Positions 1 to 14,220 of a DNA stretch of 64,000 nt are shown here, in pieces. The position numbers and the translations under genes are program-made. The notes under the pieces are model-generated. The model did not search any database. It was not told the origin of the DNA and was given only the letters and a program-made list of their open reading frames with translations. The stretch comes from Lama glama. Lineage: Eukaryota. The stretch spans positions 45,138,001 through 45,202,000 of the forward strand of contig CM052817.1 of NCBI GenBank assembly GCA_028534125.1, in the 5' to 3' direction. Position 1 is the stretch's first letter, and the number at the start of each line of letters is the position of its first letter.

Positions 1-229
1 TGCATCCCTGCCTCCACTTTTGTGATGATAATGCTGCTAAAGCTGTTCCATGCCTATTGGCCAAATACCCCAAGCTTGTACTTTACCCTGTAAAACCTCA
101 TGTGCACATCTTGAAGGTGCTCATAGCTTCGGAGCAGAAGCCCCTCTGAGCCCGCCGGCATAATACATCTGAGTACTCCAACCCTCCGAGTGGTGCTTGT
201 TTCTTGACTGGTCTGTCGTTTCCGTAACA
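1..229 (+). mobile_element. 3' part of an ERV LTR, same family as 20103-20520
   Basis: Near-identical to ~20289-20520; ends in ...GTAACA; runs off the window start. Confidence 0.75.
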
Positions 230-600
230 ATATCATATAATATCACTTATATGTGGAATCTAAAAAAAAAAAAAAAGACACAAATGAACTTATTTCCAAA
301 ACAGAAACAGACTCACAGACATAAAAAACAAATTTATGGTTACCAGGGATTAAGAGTAGGGTAGAGGGATAAATTGAGAGTTTGGGATTTGCAGATACTA
401 ACTACTATATATAAAATAGATAGACAACAAGGTCCTACTGTACAGCACAAGAAACTATATCCAATACCTTGTAATAGCCTACAATGAAAAAGAATATGAA
501 AAGGAATATGTATCTATATGTATAACTGAACCACTATGCTGTACACCAGAATCTAACATTGTAAACTGACTACATTTCAATTTAAAAAATAAATATAATT
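230..600 (+). mobile_element. LINE-1 3' UTR fragment with A-rich tail
   Basis: TATGTGGAATCTAAAA...GTAAACTGACTACATTTCAATTTAAAAAAT; related copies near 8.8 kb, 32 kb and 35.3 kb. Confidence 0.8.
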
Positions 601-1030
601 GTTACCCAAAAATCAAATTAAATTAAAAAACAGAAGTTATTTGGATTTCCTAATCAAAGAAACTTAAAAAAAAAAAAGACAATCAGAGATGTGTGAATAC
701 TGACTGGGTATTTGATGATATTAAGAAATTACTGTTAATTTTTAGGTATTATAATGACACTGAGGTTATTTTAAGTCCTTAGAGAAACATACTGAAACAT
801 TTCCTGGGATTTGTTTCAAAATAAGGGGCAGTGTGTGGGGGTGCAGATGGAATCATGCTGGCCCTGAGTTGATCATTATTGAAGCTGGGTGATGATTACA
901 TGAGGTAATTATACTATTCTCTTTTACTTTTTTTGTATGAGTTTTACTATAAGCATTGTTTAAAATTAGATACCAGCATTAAGGTGGGAGGAATAAATGA
1001 CATACTTGCTAAAGCAAACAATCAAACTTT

Positions 1031-1530
1031 NNNNNNNNNNNNNNNNNNNNNNNNNNNNNNNNNNNNNNNNNNNNNNNNNNNNNNNNNNNNNNNNNNNNNN
1101 NNNNNNNNNNNNNNNNNNNNNNNNNNNNNNNNNNNNNNNNNNNNNNNNNNNNNNNNNNNNNNNNNNNNNNNNNNNNNNNNNNNNNNNNNNNNNNNNNNNN
1201 NNNNNNNNNNNNNNNNNNNNNNNNNNNNNNNNNNNNNNNNNNNNNNNNNNNNNNNNNNNNNNNNNNNNNNNNNNNNNNNNNNNNNNNNNNNNNNNNNNNN
1301 NNNNNNNNNNNNNNNNNNNNNNNNNNNNNNNNNNNNNNNNNNNNNNNNNNNNNNNNNNNNNNNNNNNNNNNNNNNNNNNNNNNNNNNNNNNNNNNNNNNN
1401 NNNNNNNNNNNNNNNNNNNNNNNNNNNNNNNNNNNNNNNNNNNNNNNNNNNNNNNNNNNNNNNNNNNNNNNNNNNNNNNNNNNNNNNNNNNNNNNNNNNN
1501 NNNNNNNNNNNNNNNNNNNNNNNNNNNNNN
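1031..1530. other. Assembly gap (500 N)
   Basis: Run of N. Confidence 1.
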
Positions 1531-2989
1531 GTGAGGCACTGTGAATACAATGATGATGGGACATTAGCCTTGCTTTGTCTAATTCAGTGTTTCTCACCTC
1601 TGGATACACATTAAAAATACCAGTGCCTAGGCATCACCCCAGACCAGTTAAGTTAGAATCTCTAGGTGTGGGTCTGGGCATAGGCATTTTGTTTGAACAA
1701 GTTTCACAATTGATTAATTACACTGTGAGGCCAGGGTTGAGACCATTCATTTAACTGATCTTTGATCAATGAGTAGTTCTGAGCAATCTATTAAGAAGAC
1801 TGCGTCTTGATTTATGAAGTTTTCAAGCAACTTTTAATGACTAGAGGTACCCTCTAGGTGTTCACTCTGTGGAAGGACAAGGACTGATCCAGCTGTGCAC
1901 ATCACTGTGGCCATCTGGCCACACCTGACTTCCCAGTTGTTGACAAAAGAATCAGTCAATTTCAGGCATTTCCCATGGAATTTTCCTTTGTGTTTTTCTT
2001 CCTTACAGGGGATTTATCTTTTCTGATTAAAAAAGGTTTTTGGTTTTGTAAACATCCCAGTCTCAGAAGTGAACAAAGGAGCCTAGTCAGGGTTCCTGAG
2101 TCACATTCCCAGTCAGACCTTCCAGAGTTCCACCCCTGAGTCACGGTGAGCCCTGAAACCACGGGGTGTGAGAGAGGAGAGCAGGAGCCTGGCTGCACCA
2201 TCCTACTCAGCACAGAATTCCCCGCAGACACTTCCTGTGTGAACTTCCTGTTTATTCCAGAAGGTTCTGAACAGAGAAAGAGGATCGGTTGGAACGCTTA
2301 AGAAAGAAAAGGAAATCTTGGTTGAAAGGCAAGTTTCTGGAGAAATAAAATAAAATAATACTCTCAAAGCAGAGTTCCAGATTCTCCGAGTGTCTCTACT
2401 AGATGCAGGAGTTGTATAAAACCGTAGAAATAAAGATTTACTTGTGATGGGATCAGATTTTAACTTCTTCCCTCTACATATCCAGGTATCTTTCTTTCTT
2501 AACACATGTCCTCAGATTTGAGCAGCTGGGTGGGATCTTTCTGGGCACAGAGGAAGTCCAGAGGGAGGACAGCATGTGCTCTGGAATCACAGATGTGACC
2601 CCAGCTCCAGCCCTAACCTGCTGTGCAACCTTGGGTAAAATGCTTAAATGCTTCCCTATCTGTAAAGAGGGGTTCGTGATAATACTTACTTCATACGGTT
2701 GCTGGGAGGATTACATGAGATAAACCATAAATGAGATTAAATAAGATATACAATGCTTAACACAGCGCCCACTGCCTAGTAAGTGATGATTAAGTTTAAC
2801 ACAGGAGATCTACTGCCAGAAACCCCCCAGACCAGTGCTTCTTAAACTTTATGTACTTAGGAATCACCTGGAGACCATATTCAAAAGCACATTCAGGGTA
2901 CGAGTTTCCATTTGGGAAGCTGAAAAAGTTCTGGAGATGGATGGTAAGGTTGCATAACAATGTGAATATACTTAATGCCACTGAACTGT

Positions 2990-3245
2990 AATTTGTTTTT
3001 TAATGGAGGTACTGAGGATTGAACCCAGGACCTCATGCATGCTAAGCATGTGCTCTACCACTGAGCTATACCCATCCCCAAAACTATACTTTTAGAAGTG
3101 GTTAAAATGTCAAATTTTAGGTTATGTACATTTTACTACAATTAAAAAACTTTTTTCTTCCTTTTAATGAAGATACTGGGGATTGAACTCAGGACCTCGT
3201 GGATACTAAGCATGTGCTACACCCTCCCCCTCTACGCACCCCCTC
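2990..3245 (-). mobile_element. Two short tRNA-derived SINE copies (camelid-type)
   Basis: Reverse complement of GGGTATAGCTCAGTGGTAGAGCACATGCTTAGCATGCATGAGGTCCTGGGTTCAATCC...CTCCATTAAAA at ~2990-3080, with a degraded copy at ~3160-3245. Confidence 0.8.
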
Positions 3246-4174
3246 AGAAACATTTTTTTGTTTTTAAAAAAAAATTGATGCCTGGGCCCCATTCTGGATC
3301 AATTGAATCAGAATGTCTGGGGTATGGAAACTGGGAATTATTTATTTTAAAAAGTCTAATGTGCAGCCATGTTGAAAACCTCCACTTTAGAGGGTTTCAC
3401 TTTTGTTTTGCCCTTAATCACAGCAAAAATTATGACTGGAGACTAATAGGCTGGCGCTATGATCATCCCAAAACGTAAGATTTCCCAAGTCTTTAATGAC
3501 AAAAAGGGATCACTTGTGTCTGAGCGAAGCAGGAGTTCTGGTGAAATTGTAAGCATGTTGTGTCTTTAACCCAAGAGTGATAATCACTTGCTCCTTGATG
3601 AGAGCACAGAACCAAGGGCCAGCTGGCACCTTGCAAAGCCCTGGACTGCTGACCCAGCCACTAGGAAAGGACCCAGAGGGATGGAGGTTTTGCTGAGCCC
3701 CATTCATAGGAAAGTCTCACCAAATACTGGCTGCATGCTTTGAATTTTGAAATGAAAAGGATTTTAACTATAAGAGAATTTCAAAAATTCATCTTTTTAT
3801 CTGAGAGGTAAGTTTGGAATGAACTGCCCCACAATGTAGATAGCAAACATAGCAGAACTTGGCAAAGTGATAACACATTTACCAAATTCACTTAAAATAA
3901 GTATGGATTAAAATGTGGTTTCTGGACTTCTGGGCCATTTTGTTACCCTTATGCTCTCCTCTGTCAGAAAGAGAATTTGTTTGGACATGCTTTAGAAAAA
4001 TGAGATCTCCGAAGATGAAGTTTTATCTACGTGACTTACGTTCTTTAAATCCATTCTCCTACATAGATTTAAAGCATATTCTAAGCAGGGTTCCCCAAAC
4101 CTGGACAAATACCAGATTTGTGAAAAATGCTGAATTAGAATCACCTAGGATGGGGCCCCAGAACTTGCAGATGG

Positions 4175-4650
4175 TGTATTTATGCCCTATGGCTGCTATA
4201 ACAAATTACCACCAACTTAGTGGCTTAAAACAATATGAATTTACCCTCTTACAGTTCAGTAGGTCAGAAATCCGACACAGGTCTCGGCGGGGCTGTCCTT
4301 TCTGGAGGCTCTAGGAGAGAATCTGCTTCCCTGCCTTTCCCAGCTTCTAGAAGCTGCCCACATTCCCTGGCTCGAGGCCCTTTCCTCCATCTTCAAAGCT
4401 AGCAACAGCAGAGTGAGTTCTCCTCACATCACCTCCCTCTGACCTCCTCTCTTGCCCTGCCTCCCCCCTTTTAAGGGCCCTTGTGATTACATTGGGCCCA
4501 TCTGGAAAATGCAGGATGAGATCAACATCTCAAGGACCCTAACTTAATCACACCTGCAAAGGCCCTTTTGCCATATAAGGGAACACTCACAGGTTCTGAG
4601 GGCTGGGGTCTGGACATCTTTGGGAAAGGCCATTATTCTGCCCCCCACAG
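4175..4650. mobile_element. MaLR (MLT1-like) solo LTR
   Basis: TGTATT...GCTGCTATAACAAATTACCACCAACTTAGTGGCTTAAAACAA...CCATTATTCTGCCCCCCACA, typical MLT1 motifs; related copies near 25.5-25.9 kb, 34.7-35.1 kb and 36.2-36.65 kb. Confidence 0.7.
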
Positions 4651-7600
4651 ATGGGTGACTCTCCCCCAGATAAACCTGAGGCAGCTTGGCCATGAACTGT
4701 CGCTTGGGAACCACTGCTGGATGTCAAAGCCTCTCTCCAGCCCATAGCTCCAGTCCCAGCCTTGGTTTCCTTCTAATGAAATTCTCGTGGTTCTTCCCCC
4801 ACGTGCAGCCATTCCTACCCCCACTCTCGCCCTCAGAGGAGAGTGAGATCTCCAGATGATTTCCATTTATTCTCTCAGAAATGTTATTGAGTGTCTCTGT
4901 TTTTCACTTTTCTCGTTTTACTTGGAGACCAATTTGGTTATAAGCCCTTACTAATCATGTGTCTCCTTAGGTATAATTCAGCTGAGGACTAGTTCATACA
5001 AGAGTATATTCCTTAGTCTCGGTTAGAAAGCCTATCTGCAGCCCGTATGTTTAAGAACCTAAATAAGTTAAACTATCAATTAAAAAAATATCCTTTTTGC
5101 CTGGGGTCTTTTGGTTGAAAAGAACTAGCTGTTGTTAATGCATGTAAGCGGGGAAGGTGGGATTCCTTATAAAGATACAGTCAAAGCAATGAGAACCGGA
5201 ATTGCAGAGCAGAAAATGTAATGGTTGGGCATCATTCACCCTAAAATTGAGGAGACGAGCAGGGGGATACTTCAGCATCCAAAATCATCCTTGGAATATC
5301 AGCAGCAGAGTATTCTAAATCTTTCCTCTGAAGTGGTCTCCTGAATGTTACTGAGCAAATTATCTTCATTTTGGGGATAGACAGCTTTTTAAAACCACTA
5401 AACTCCTTGGTAATTACTGACATGTAATTCAGTATTTTTTATTAAGGTAATCTCTACAGTAAAAAAAATTCAAACAATTTAAAAAGTTTATACTTTAATG
5501 AAAAAAGTCTCTATTCTTCTTGAGAGAAAACTTTGTTAACAGTTTGTACATGCTTCCAGAATTGTTTAAAGTTATGCATAAACATATAGGTATATATCTT
5601 TTTAAAAGCACATGTAAAGTTACATCATTTGTTCCTTGGTTTTTATTCACCAAGCAATATATTTTGGTGACTTTTTTCATATTCTTACACATAAATCTAC
5701 TTCGTTCTTCCTAATGGCTTGTTTAATATATTCCATTACATGGATTACCATAATTTATTTAACTAGTCCCCAACTGAGGAGCATTTGGATGACCAGATTT
5801 TTGCAAATATGAACAATAATGCAATAAACCTTCTTGTCCATTTTTTGTTGCCCCCTTGCATGATTATAGAGGCAAAGCAAATTCCTAGAAGTGAAATTGC
5901 TGAGTCAAAGTATATGTGCATTTAAAATCTTGTTAATTTGCTATTCATTTGCATTTCTTCTTCTGTGAACCACTAACTCATGTTCTTAGTCTATTTCTCT
6001 ATTGAGTTACTCATTTTTTTCTTATTTATTTTTAAGAGCTTTTTATATATGAAGGAAATCAGTTCATCTGACATACGAGTTAAAATTGTCAATCCCCATT
6101 TTGACATTGTTCTTTTGATTTCATTAACTATTGAAGTTCTCTCTTTCCTAAGGGAAAAGTAAGAACCTGGAGGTTTTTGCTTTTCTGTGTTAGCTTCTGA
6201 GTCACCCAACTAGTTAGGATTCCTAGAACACCACTGTCTGTGTAGACTTCCCTGTCACTTCCTGCCTCATCATCCTTGAGGAGGACTGGACTATCTGTGG
6301 TTCCACAAATCCACCATGTTATTTCTCACTTCCCTGTTCTTTGCCCATAGTGTCCCCTCTGCCTGGAATGTCTTATCTGTCTTTCCCATTAAACTTGGCT
6401 AAATACTGCTTTCCATCTGAGATTTAGTGGCATCATCTCTTCCTCCAGGAACCTTCTAAGCTAGGTGTTCCTCTTCTGTCCCCATAGCACCCTGTGCACA
6501 TGTGTATTGTTGCCCTCACCTCACTGTGTTTTAATTATTCATGACTCTGTCTTTCCCCTTAAACTGTGCTTTCCTTAAAGGCAGGAACTATATCTGCCCA
6601 TTTTTTGTATTCCCAGGCTCACAATAATGTTTGTTAAAGGAAGAGGGAAGGAAAAGGGGAAGGAAGGAAGGCAGATAGTCAGTCAGTCAAGGTCAGGCCC
6701 CCAAATGTTCTCTATACTCTGTTCCCTTACTTCGGTGGTTTATCCTTCACTTACCAGAAAAGTATTTGAAATCCATCACCTTCTTATGTTCCCAGTGTCT
6801 GAGACCCTCTAGGGCTGCCCAATACAGATAAGTGATTTGTCCTTCAATCTCCATTTCTCTTTTTCAAAACCTTTTGTTACAGCATTTACAATAGTAAAAT
6901 ATTTCTTTAGCTCATAATTTGGATCAGACATTATTTATTGTACCTCCTACTTTTGTATAGCATTTTATAATTGTCAAATCTTTTTTTTTTGTATAAATTT
7001 TAGTTGATCCTCACACAACCCTGAGAGGTCACTAAAACAGGTAATAGAAACCCCTTCTCATAGATAGAGAAACTGAGGCTGAGAGAGATTTTAGTGACTT
7101 GCTATCAGTCACATAACTATTACCTTTGAAGCCAGGACTGAAACCCAGTCCTTCTGGCTCTGAATCCAGTACTCTTTCCACGGCTTCATTCTGCCTGTTC
7201 ATATCCTAGTGAAAATTTGATTTTGATGCTATGGCTGTTTTAACCATTTGTTTCAGCATATCCATTCAAAGACATTTGCATCTGTTCCATACTTGAAACT
7301 TCGGGAATGACCCCACGTAAGACTGGTTTCTATTTGCTACTTGTCAGCAGCAGCGCCTCCCTCCCTCTAGCTTAAGAACTACACATTCTTTACAGAAAAG
7401 AATCTGGTCAGGTGGGAAAACTGTGGAACCTGGTAGCAGGCAAGACCATTGTTCCTGGTCCCTGGGTCTGCCGTATTTCATCACCCTGTATTTTCTCTTC
7501 TTACCCTCTCATCTTTCAGCCAGTCAAGTACTAAGCAACTATTGAAATTAGTGTTTACAAAGAGTCTGTAGTTGCATAGTTGCCATATTATGTAAAAAAA

Positions 7601-7759
7601 AAAAAAAAGGCAAGACTTCACTAAGATTTCAGCCGCATAAATAGTAGGTTAAAGTAAAGACTACAAGCAAATGCATCAAAAAGTTACTAGTGGTCAGCTC
7701 TAAGTGTTAGGGGTCATCATGAGTTGTTCTTATTTTCCTTTTTGTTCATATGTATATAT

Positions 7760-10290
7760 TAATAACAAGTTTATTGAGATATAATTCACAATCCATAAAG
7801 CTCATCCTTTTAAGGTACACAATTCAGTGGTTTTAGTATATTCCCAGAGTTGTCCATCATCACCACTCTCTGATTCCAGAACATTTTCATCATGCCAAAA
7901 AGAAACAACATGCTCATGAGCAGTCGCTCCCCTTTTCCCCAGCCCCCGTGACTATTAGTCTACTTTCTGTCTCTATGAATTTGCCTATTTTGGACATTTC
8001 ATATAAATGGAATCATACAATATGTGACCATTTGTGTCTGGCTCCGTTTTTTCTTTGCATAATGTTTTCAAAGTGCATACATGTTGCAACAGGTATCAGT
8101 ACTTCATTCTTTTTTTTTTTAAACGTAACAAAAGTATTTTTTGTAGGTTTTCTTGAAAATGCTAACTCCCTCACTAAATTAAAAATACTATTAGACTTTG
8201 TTATAACCACTTAGTGATAACTTGAAGTGTCACCCTAAAAATTTGTTTTTTCATTAATGTCTTATTTCTTTCGAAGAACAGAGTAAAGTGTTTTAATGTT
8301 ATACTTCCCCCCACCCCCTCCACTGTGACTATCATACATCCTGATTTACTACATTTTTTTAACCTTTTAACTAACCCCCCCTCATCCATTTCTCTCACCA
8401 CCTCCCCACCTCTGGGAATCACCAATCTGTTCTCTATACCTATGAGCTTAGGGTTTCTTTTGTTTGTTTGTTTTGTTTTGTTATGTCTTTTAAGATTCCC
8501 AATATAAGAGAGATATGGTATTTGTCTTTGACTTATTTCACTTAGCAAAATGCCCTCCAGGTCCACCCATGTTATCACAAATGGCAAGATTTCCTTCTTT
8601 TTTATGGCTGAATAATATTGCATTGTGTGTGTGTATACATATACACACACACATATATACATATATATTATATATATACACACCACATTTTCTTTATCTA
8701 TTCATCCATCGATAAACACTTAGGTTGTTTAAGTTACATATCATAGCTATTGTAAATAACGCTGCAGTAAGCAATATGGATGGACCTGAAGATTGGCATT
8801 CTAAGTGAAGCCAGAAAGAGGAAGACAAATACCATAAGATATTGCTTACATGTGGAATATAAAAAAAAAAAAGACAAAAAAGGACTTATTTACAAAATAG
8901 AAACAGACTCACGGACATAGAGAACAAAAGTTATAGTTACCAGAGGAAGATGGGGGTGGGAAAGAATAAATTGGAAGTTCAAGACTTGCAGACACTAACT
9001 ACTATATATAAAATAGATAAATTAGTTTCTACTGTATAGCCCAGGGAACTATATTCAACATCTTGTAGTACCTATAATGAAAAGAATATAAAAACAATTA
9101 TTTGTATGCATATGTGTGACTGAAACATTATGCTGTACACCAGAAATTGACACAACATGTAAACTATACTTCAGTTTAAAAAAACGCAAAAAAAAGAAAA
9201 ATGCTATAGTAAACATAGGGCTGCATATATCTTTTTGCCTTTTCATTTTGGTGGTGGTTTCCAATCCTGTGCAGAAGTTTTTTAATTTAATTTAATTTAA
9301 TTTAATTTAATTTAATTTAATTTAATTTTATGTATGCTCAACTTTGTTTAGTGTGATGTAGTCTCAGTTTATTTTTGCTTTTCTTTTGCTTTTGGTCCCA
9401 GATTTAAAAAATCATCACCAAGTCCAATGTCAAGGAGCTTGCCACCTGTGTTTTCTTCTAGGAGTTTCAGGTTTTACATTCAAAACTTTAATTCACTTTG
9501 AGTTAATTTTTGTGTGTGGTGTAAGATAGTGATCATTGCATTCTTTTGCACGTGACTCTCCAGTTTTCCCAACACCATTTATTGAAGAGACTGTCCGTTC
9601 CCCATTGTATATTCTTGACTCCTTTGTTGTAAATTAGTTGACCATATATGTGTAAGTTTTTTCTAGTCTCTCTATTCTGTCTCATTGATCTATATGTCTG
9701 TTTTATGCCAATACAATACTATTTTAATTACTACAGCTTTGTAACATAATTTGAAATCAGGGAGGGTGAAGTCTCTAGATTTGTTTGTCTTTCTCATGAT
9801 CGCTTTGGGTACTTCAGGATTTTTGTGGTTCCACATAAATTTTTTAATTGTCCTATTTCTTTTAAATTTGATACAGATTGTATTGAATACGTAGATTGCT
9901 TTAAGTAGTATGGACCTTTTAACAATATTGATTCTTCCAATCCATGAGCATGGAATATCTTTCCAATTTATTTTATTAATGACTTGTACTTTTCAATATG
10001 TAGGTCTTTGGCATCCTTGGTAAAATTTATTCCTAGGTTTATTATTCTTTTTGATGCAATTGTAAATGGGATTGTTTTCATTTCTCTTTCTGATGGTTCA
10101 TTATTAGCATGCAGAAACACAACAGATTTTTGTATATTTAATTTGTATCCTGCATATAATATCTTTTCTGTATATAATATTCTGTTGTGTTTAGATGGAA
10201 TGTTCTGTGTATATATAGTAAATCAACCTGATCCATCATGTCATTTAAGGCCAATGTTTCCTTAAAAATTTTCTGTCTGGATGATCTTGG
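7760..10290. mobile_element. Nested LINE-1 fragments, mostly minus strand, with a (TTTAA)n microsatellite near 9281-9330
   Basis: Minus-strand ORF-track peptides with L1 ORF2 motifs (YYSAIKKKEILPFVITWVDLEGILLSEISQ; ALNDMMDQVDLLYIHRTFH). Confidence 0.8.
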
Positions 10291-10779
10291 TAAAAATGCT
10301 GCTGACTGATCTGCCTGGCCCATAGAAATGAAACCTAATAGATACGGAGAGTATAAGACTTCTCTGAAAGGAAAAAATATTTATCCTGTCAAACAAATGG
10401 GAGTGAGAGATGAATGGGTTTTTGTTGGAGGAGGGAAGGCTCTCCTTCCTCTGGCACTGAGTTAGCTGGACCTGGACTCTGAGATAAGGAGAGCCCTGGA
10501 GATTTTCTTTGTAGGGAAATGAACTGACTGTCCCCAGGTGGAACCAGCAGAGGCAGTGGCTGAGCTTGGGGCTGCTGACTCCCAGGCTAGCGCTCCCCCC
10601 ACCCCATTTACCCAGGTCATAACCTCTGTCTCCCCACTAGATGAGATGATGGAACAAGAATTCTCTGTCAATGCATGATGCACGCAAATTTCAATGGATT
10701 TATGTTAAGTCATTTCAGTTGAAATTCTCAAGGTGTATCTCCTAGCCAAACTACTAATACATCATGGTACTTTTCTAGT

Positions 10780-11022
10780 TGTTGCAATTATTTGCCCTCA
10801 TTGTTCATTAGCCAAACCCTAGATCTCCTGAAAGGATTATTCATGCCTCAAGAATAACCACAAAAATGTATCATGATCAGAGACAAGGGTCTTAGCCTCA
10901 CAAAGATTGAGGTATTGGCCTTGTGTGGGAAAACCCTGTCCCATTCCTATGTAAATGAGGGTCATCAGAACTCATTTTTCTAATGTGCTAATACTACACG
11001 TCATTAGTATCCACGTATATAA
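10780..11022 (+). promoter_or_regulatory. Putative proximal promoter of gene A
   Basis: TATATAA 11016-11022; C/EBP-like TGTTGCAAT 10780-10788; kB-like GGGAAAACCC 10927-10936 (1 mismatch); octamer-like ATGTAAAT 10949-10956; half-CRE ACGTCA 10998-11003. Confidence 0.5.
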
Positions 11023-11044
11023 GTATCTTCTGATTATCCAGGTC

Positions 11045-11110
11045 ATCTGGGAACAAGGCTTCAAGGAAATCTTTGTGATATTGGACATTTCGTTTTTCCT
11101 GGTGTACAAG
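11045..11110 (+). other. Gene A non-coding exon 1 (start approximate)
   Basis: Begins ~25-30 nt after the TATA box, contains no ATG, ends at donor AAG|GTAATA. Confidence 0.55.
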
Positions 11111-11889
11111 GTAATATCCTTTCAAATATAAATTATATTATCTTATGAAAGATATAGACAACTGGAAAGGTTGAGAATTAAAGAATTTGATTCACTGATA
11201 ATAACATTTAAATTCTCTTTTATAGTCATGGCATATGTTTTTGATACTTTAAATATTGTCTTATGTACTCACATGTTTATTTTAAATGTGTTGTTACTTT
11301 GATGGTTGTTCTGGGTTATAGTAGGACTTTAAAATAATGAGTGAAAACAAATTACAGAAAAAGAGCGATGACAAAGATTCTACATAAATGGAATTTTAAA
11401 AGTTGTTCTGCAAATGTGCATGCCTCTTTCCCTCGTCCATATTTATAGAAATGTATGTAAGGAAAAATACAGGGAACTTCAACTGTTACAGGAGAGAACA
11501 TGAAGGATGTAAGCCCTCCAGCAGGCAGTAATATCTATGTGAGCTTGGTCTTCATATCATCTGCTTGAAGACTCTCTTCCCATTTCAAATATTGTTTAAC
11601 CTTGAAGATGGATTTATTAAAATCAGTCATTGGCAATTTGTTTCAGGATATATTCTCTTATGGCATTTCACAGATCTAAGATTATTGGATATGTACTATT
11701 ATTTTATGACTTGATTTGTTTTAAAATTAATTTATTTCAAATGGCAGAGTTAATTTTTATAATAAACATTTACCAAGAGTGACACTTCTTACTCACAAAA
11801 ATGAATCAATTAATATACTCTTGATTAAAATGATAGTTTTCTGCTGATGGATAAGTAAAACAATTATATTTATCTTCAGAATACCTGAA

Positions 11890-11995
11890 GGGGGAGGGTA
11901 TAGCTCAGTGGTAGAGTGCATGCTCAGCATGCACCAGCTCCTGGGTTCAACCCCCAGCACCACCTCCAAAAATAAATAAATACATAAGTAAACTG
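11890..11995 (+). mobile_element. tRNA-derived SINE; further copies at ~13930-14048(-), ~24960-25092(-), ~36424-36515(+), ~42370-42465(-)
   Basis: A-box TAGCTCAGTGG, B-box GGTTCAACCCC and an A-rich tail; no complete cloverleaf. Confidence 0.85.
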
Positions 11996-12717
11996 AATTC
12001 ACCCCAGAAAATTTTTTTTTAAATTTTTTAATTAAAAAAAAAAAAAAGAATGCCTGGTCTCTCTTCTCTTCCTGCAAAACAACAAAGAGGGTATTTTGGA
12101 TATTATTTAAAAGATATATTATTAACACCATGGAATTTTTCTTGTTTTCATGACAAATGAAAAAGATTAAAATAAAAGTTGCCATGATAAAGTAGAAAAC
12201 AGAAAAACCATGTACTAACACGAATCTACTAACACATCAAATAAACAATCTATATCATAATACAGGAGGATAGACAGGACAAATACCCACTGCTGAGTGA
12301 GGGTTACAGCAATGGTATCTACCTATCAAGGTCATTGCAAGAATCAGATGAAATAATAAATATTTTAAAAGCTGTGTTTTTACAAGCAGTTAGTAGAATA
12401 GACCAATATTCTTATAAACTCACTGGGAAAATATTTCTAATAAGCATTAAGTGTTTTATACTGTACTTGAATGCATGTGTGTGTGGGTGTATGATGTACA
12501 CGCATCAGTCTTAAGGCATGTGAATTATAATCTATGTTCCAATTGTTTAATATCCTCCAGAATCTCCAATCTCTACATCCTTTAGTTCCCAATAGCATGA
12601 TCTTCAGCCAAGCTCCTTAATAACACGCCTGATCCAGTGCATATATATAAGCAAGAAAGGGCTTCATATCTTCCAAGTTAAATAATACTCTTGCTTGTTT
12701 GTAGATAGAGTTGAAAG

Positions 12718-12771
12718 ATGAAAGTGGTGTTCCTGATCACTCTCCTCTTGGTCACAGCTCACTGCACACCC
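12718..12771 (+). CDS. Gene A exon 2 (exon starts 12705): signal peptide MKVVFLITLLLVTAHC plus TP
   Basis: Acceptor TTGTTTGTAG|, 13-nt UTR, AAGATGA start, 18 codons, phase-0 donor |GTAAGT; A-H-C cleavage site followed by two mature residues, as in SCPP exon 2. Confidence 0.85.
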
Positions 12772-13336
12772 GTAAGTAACCTCTTAATGTCTGTTTCTGC
12801 CAATTAGCCTTGGTTCATGCATTCCAACCTTTTATACTCAATCCTCAAAAAAAAGTCTATCATTGGAGTCAAAGCCACAATCCTCATTTTAAGTTTCTTT
12901 GGAGCTAAAAGTAGCTCTTTCAACCTTTTAAAAGATGGTTAGAAAAGCAAGAGATTTGAGTCAAGCGCAACATGGAAGCTCTCCTGGCCCCAGAGCAGAG
13001 CAGTGGTTCTCAACCTTGGCTGCACTGTGGAATTGCTTGGAAAACTTTAAAAAGTCCTAATGTCTGGGTTTCACCCCCTACCAAAATCTGAATTGGCCTG
13101 GGGAGTGATTCAGGCATCATGATTTTTATAATTTCCCCAGGTGATTATTCCACTGGGCTACCAAGGTTCTGAGACACTGGCTGAGGGAGTGGCTGTCAGC
13201 GGGAGCTGTGATTGCCCTAGAGAAGCCGTTGGTAAACTTAAAGACAATAAAAAGCCCTGTGGTTGTAGGTTAAGCAAGACTATGGCTCAGGTTGTTATTG
13301 TGAACAAAGAAGAGAGTGAGTAGGATGAGAGAATTA

Positions 13337-13799
13337 CAGGCATACCTTGGAAATACCGCAAGTCTGGTTCCAGATCACCACAATAAAGCAAATATCACAA
13401 TAAAGCAAGCCACATGAATTTCTTGGTTTCCCAGTGCATATAAATATTATGTTTACACTGTACTGTAATCTATTACATGTGCAATAGCATTATGTCTACA
13501 AAAACAATGCATATCTTTATTGACAAATACTGCTAAAAAATGCTAACCATCATCTGAGCCTTCAGCAAGTCATAGTGGTAACATCAAAGGTCACTCCTTA
13601 CAGATCACCACGACAAATATAATGATGAAAAAGTTTGAAATATTGTTAGAATTACCAAAATGTGACAGAGAGACAAGAAATGAGCAAATGCTGTTGGAAA
13701 ATGGACAATAGATTTGCTCAACACAGGGTTGTCATAAACCTTCAATATGTTAAAAAAAAATGCAGCATCTGTAAAGTGCAATAAAACAAGGTATGCTTG
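13337..13799 (-). mobile_element. Internally deleted Tigger1-like DNA transposon
   Basis: Terminal inverted repeats CAGGCATACCTT / AAGGTATGCTTG flanked by TA on both sides. Confidence 0.8.
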
Positions 13800-14220
13800 T
13801 ATCTGAGATCATATTTTTGGTATTGAAAAGGATTAGTGACTGATGTTAACACATGCAAGATTTATTTGCTTATTCTGTAAAGAAATTTTTTTAATTTCAC
13901 ATTTTAAAATTTTTAATTTTTTAAAACTTTTTTGGGGGGGTAATTAAGTTTTTATTGATTTATTTTTAATGGAGGTGCTGTGGATTGAGCCCAGGACCCT
14001 GTGCATACTAAGCATGCACTCTAACACTGAGATATACCTTCCCCTCCATAAATAATTTTTTTTTGAGATGGGCAATAATGCTAAGTGCCAGGATTACATA
14101 GATGACAAAACATAGTCCCTGTCTTCCAGGAACTCAGAGTCTAAGTTTGCTAGTTAATTACTATTATTGTAATTCCATCTCCTTCTTCAGTCTCCACACT
14201 CTACCTCTCAATTTTCACAG

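Noticed and set aside
933..1614. Long ORFs in the ORF track
   Set aside because: Artefacts of the 500-N gap
1531..7700. Expected PPEF2 3' exons or a third SCPP-like gene
   Set aside because: No EF-hand or phosphatase peptide and no signal-peptide exon found; candidate exons near 2009, 3775-3807 and 4971 hit stops
11890..11965. tRNA gene
   Set aside because: SINE head with A-rich tail, many diverged copies in the window, no proper acceptor stem
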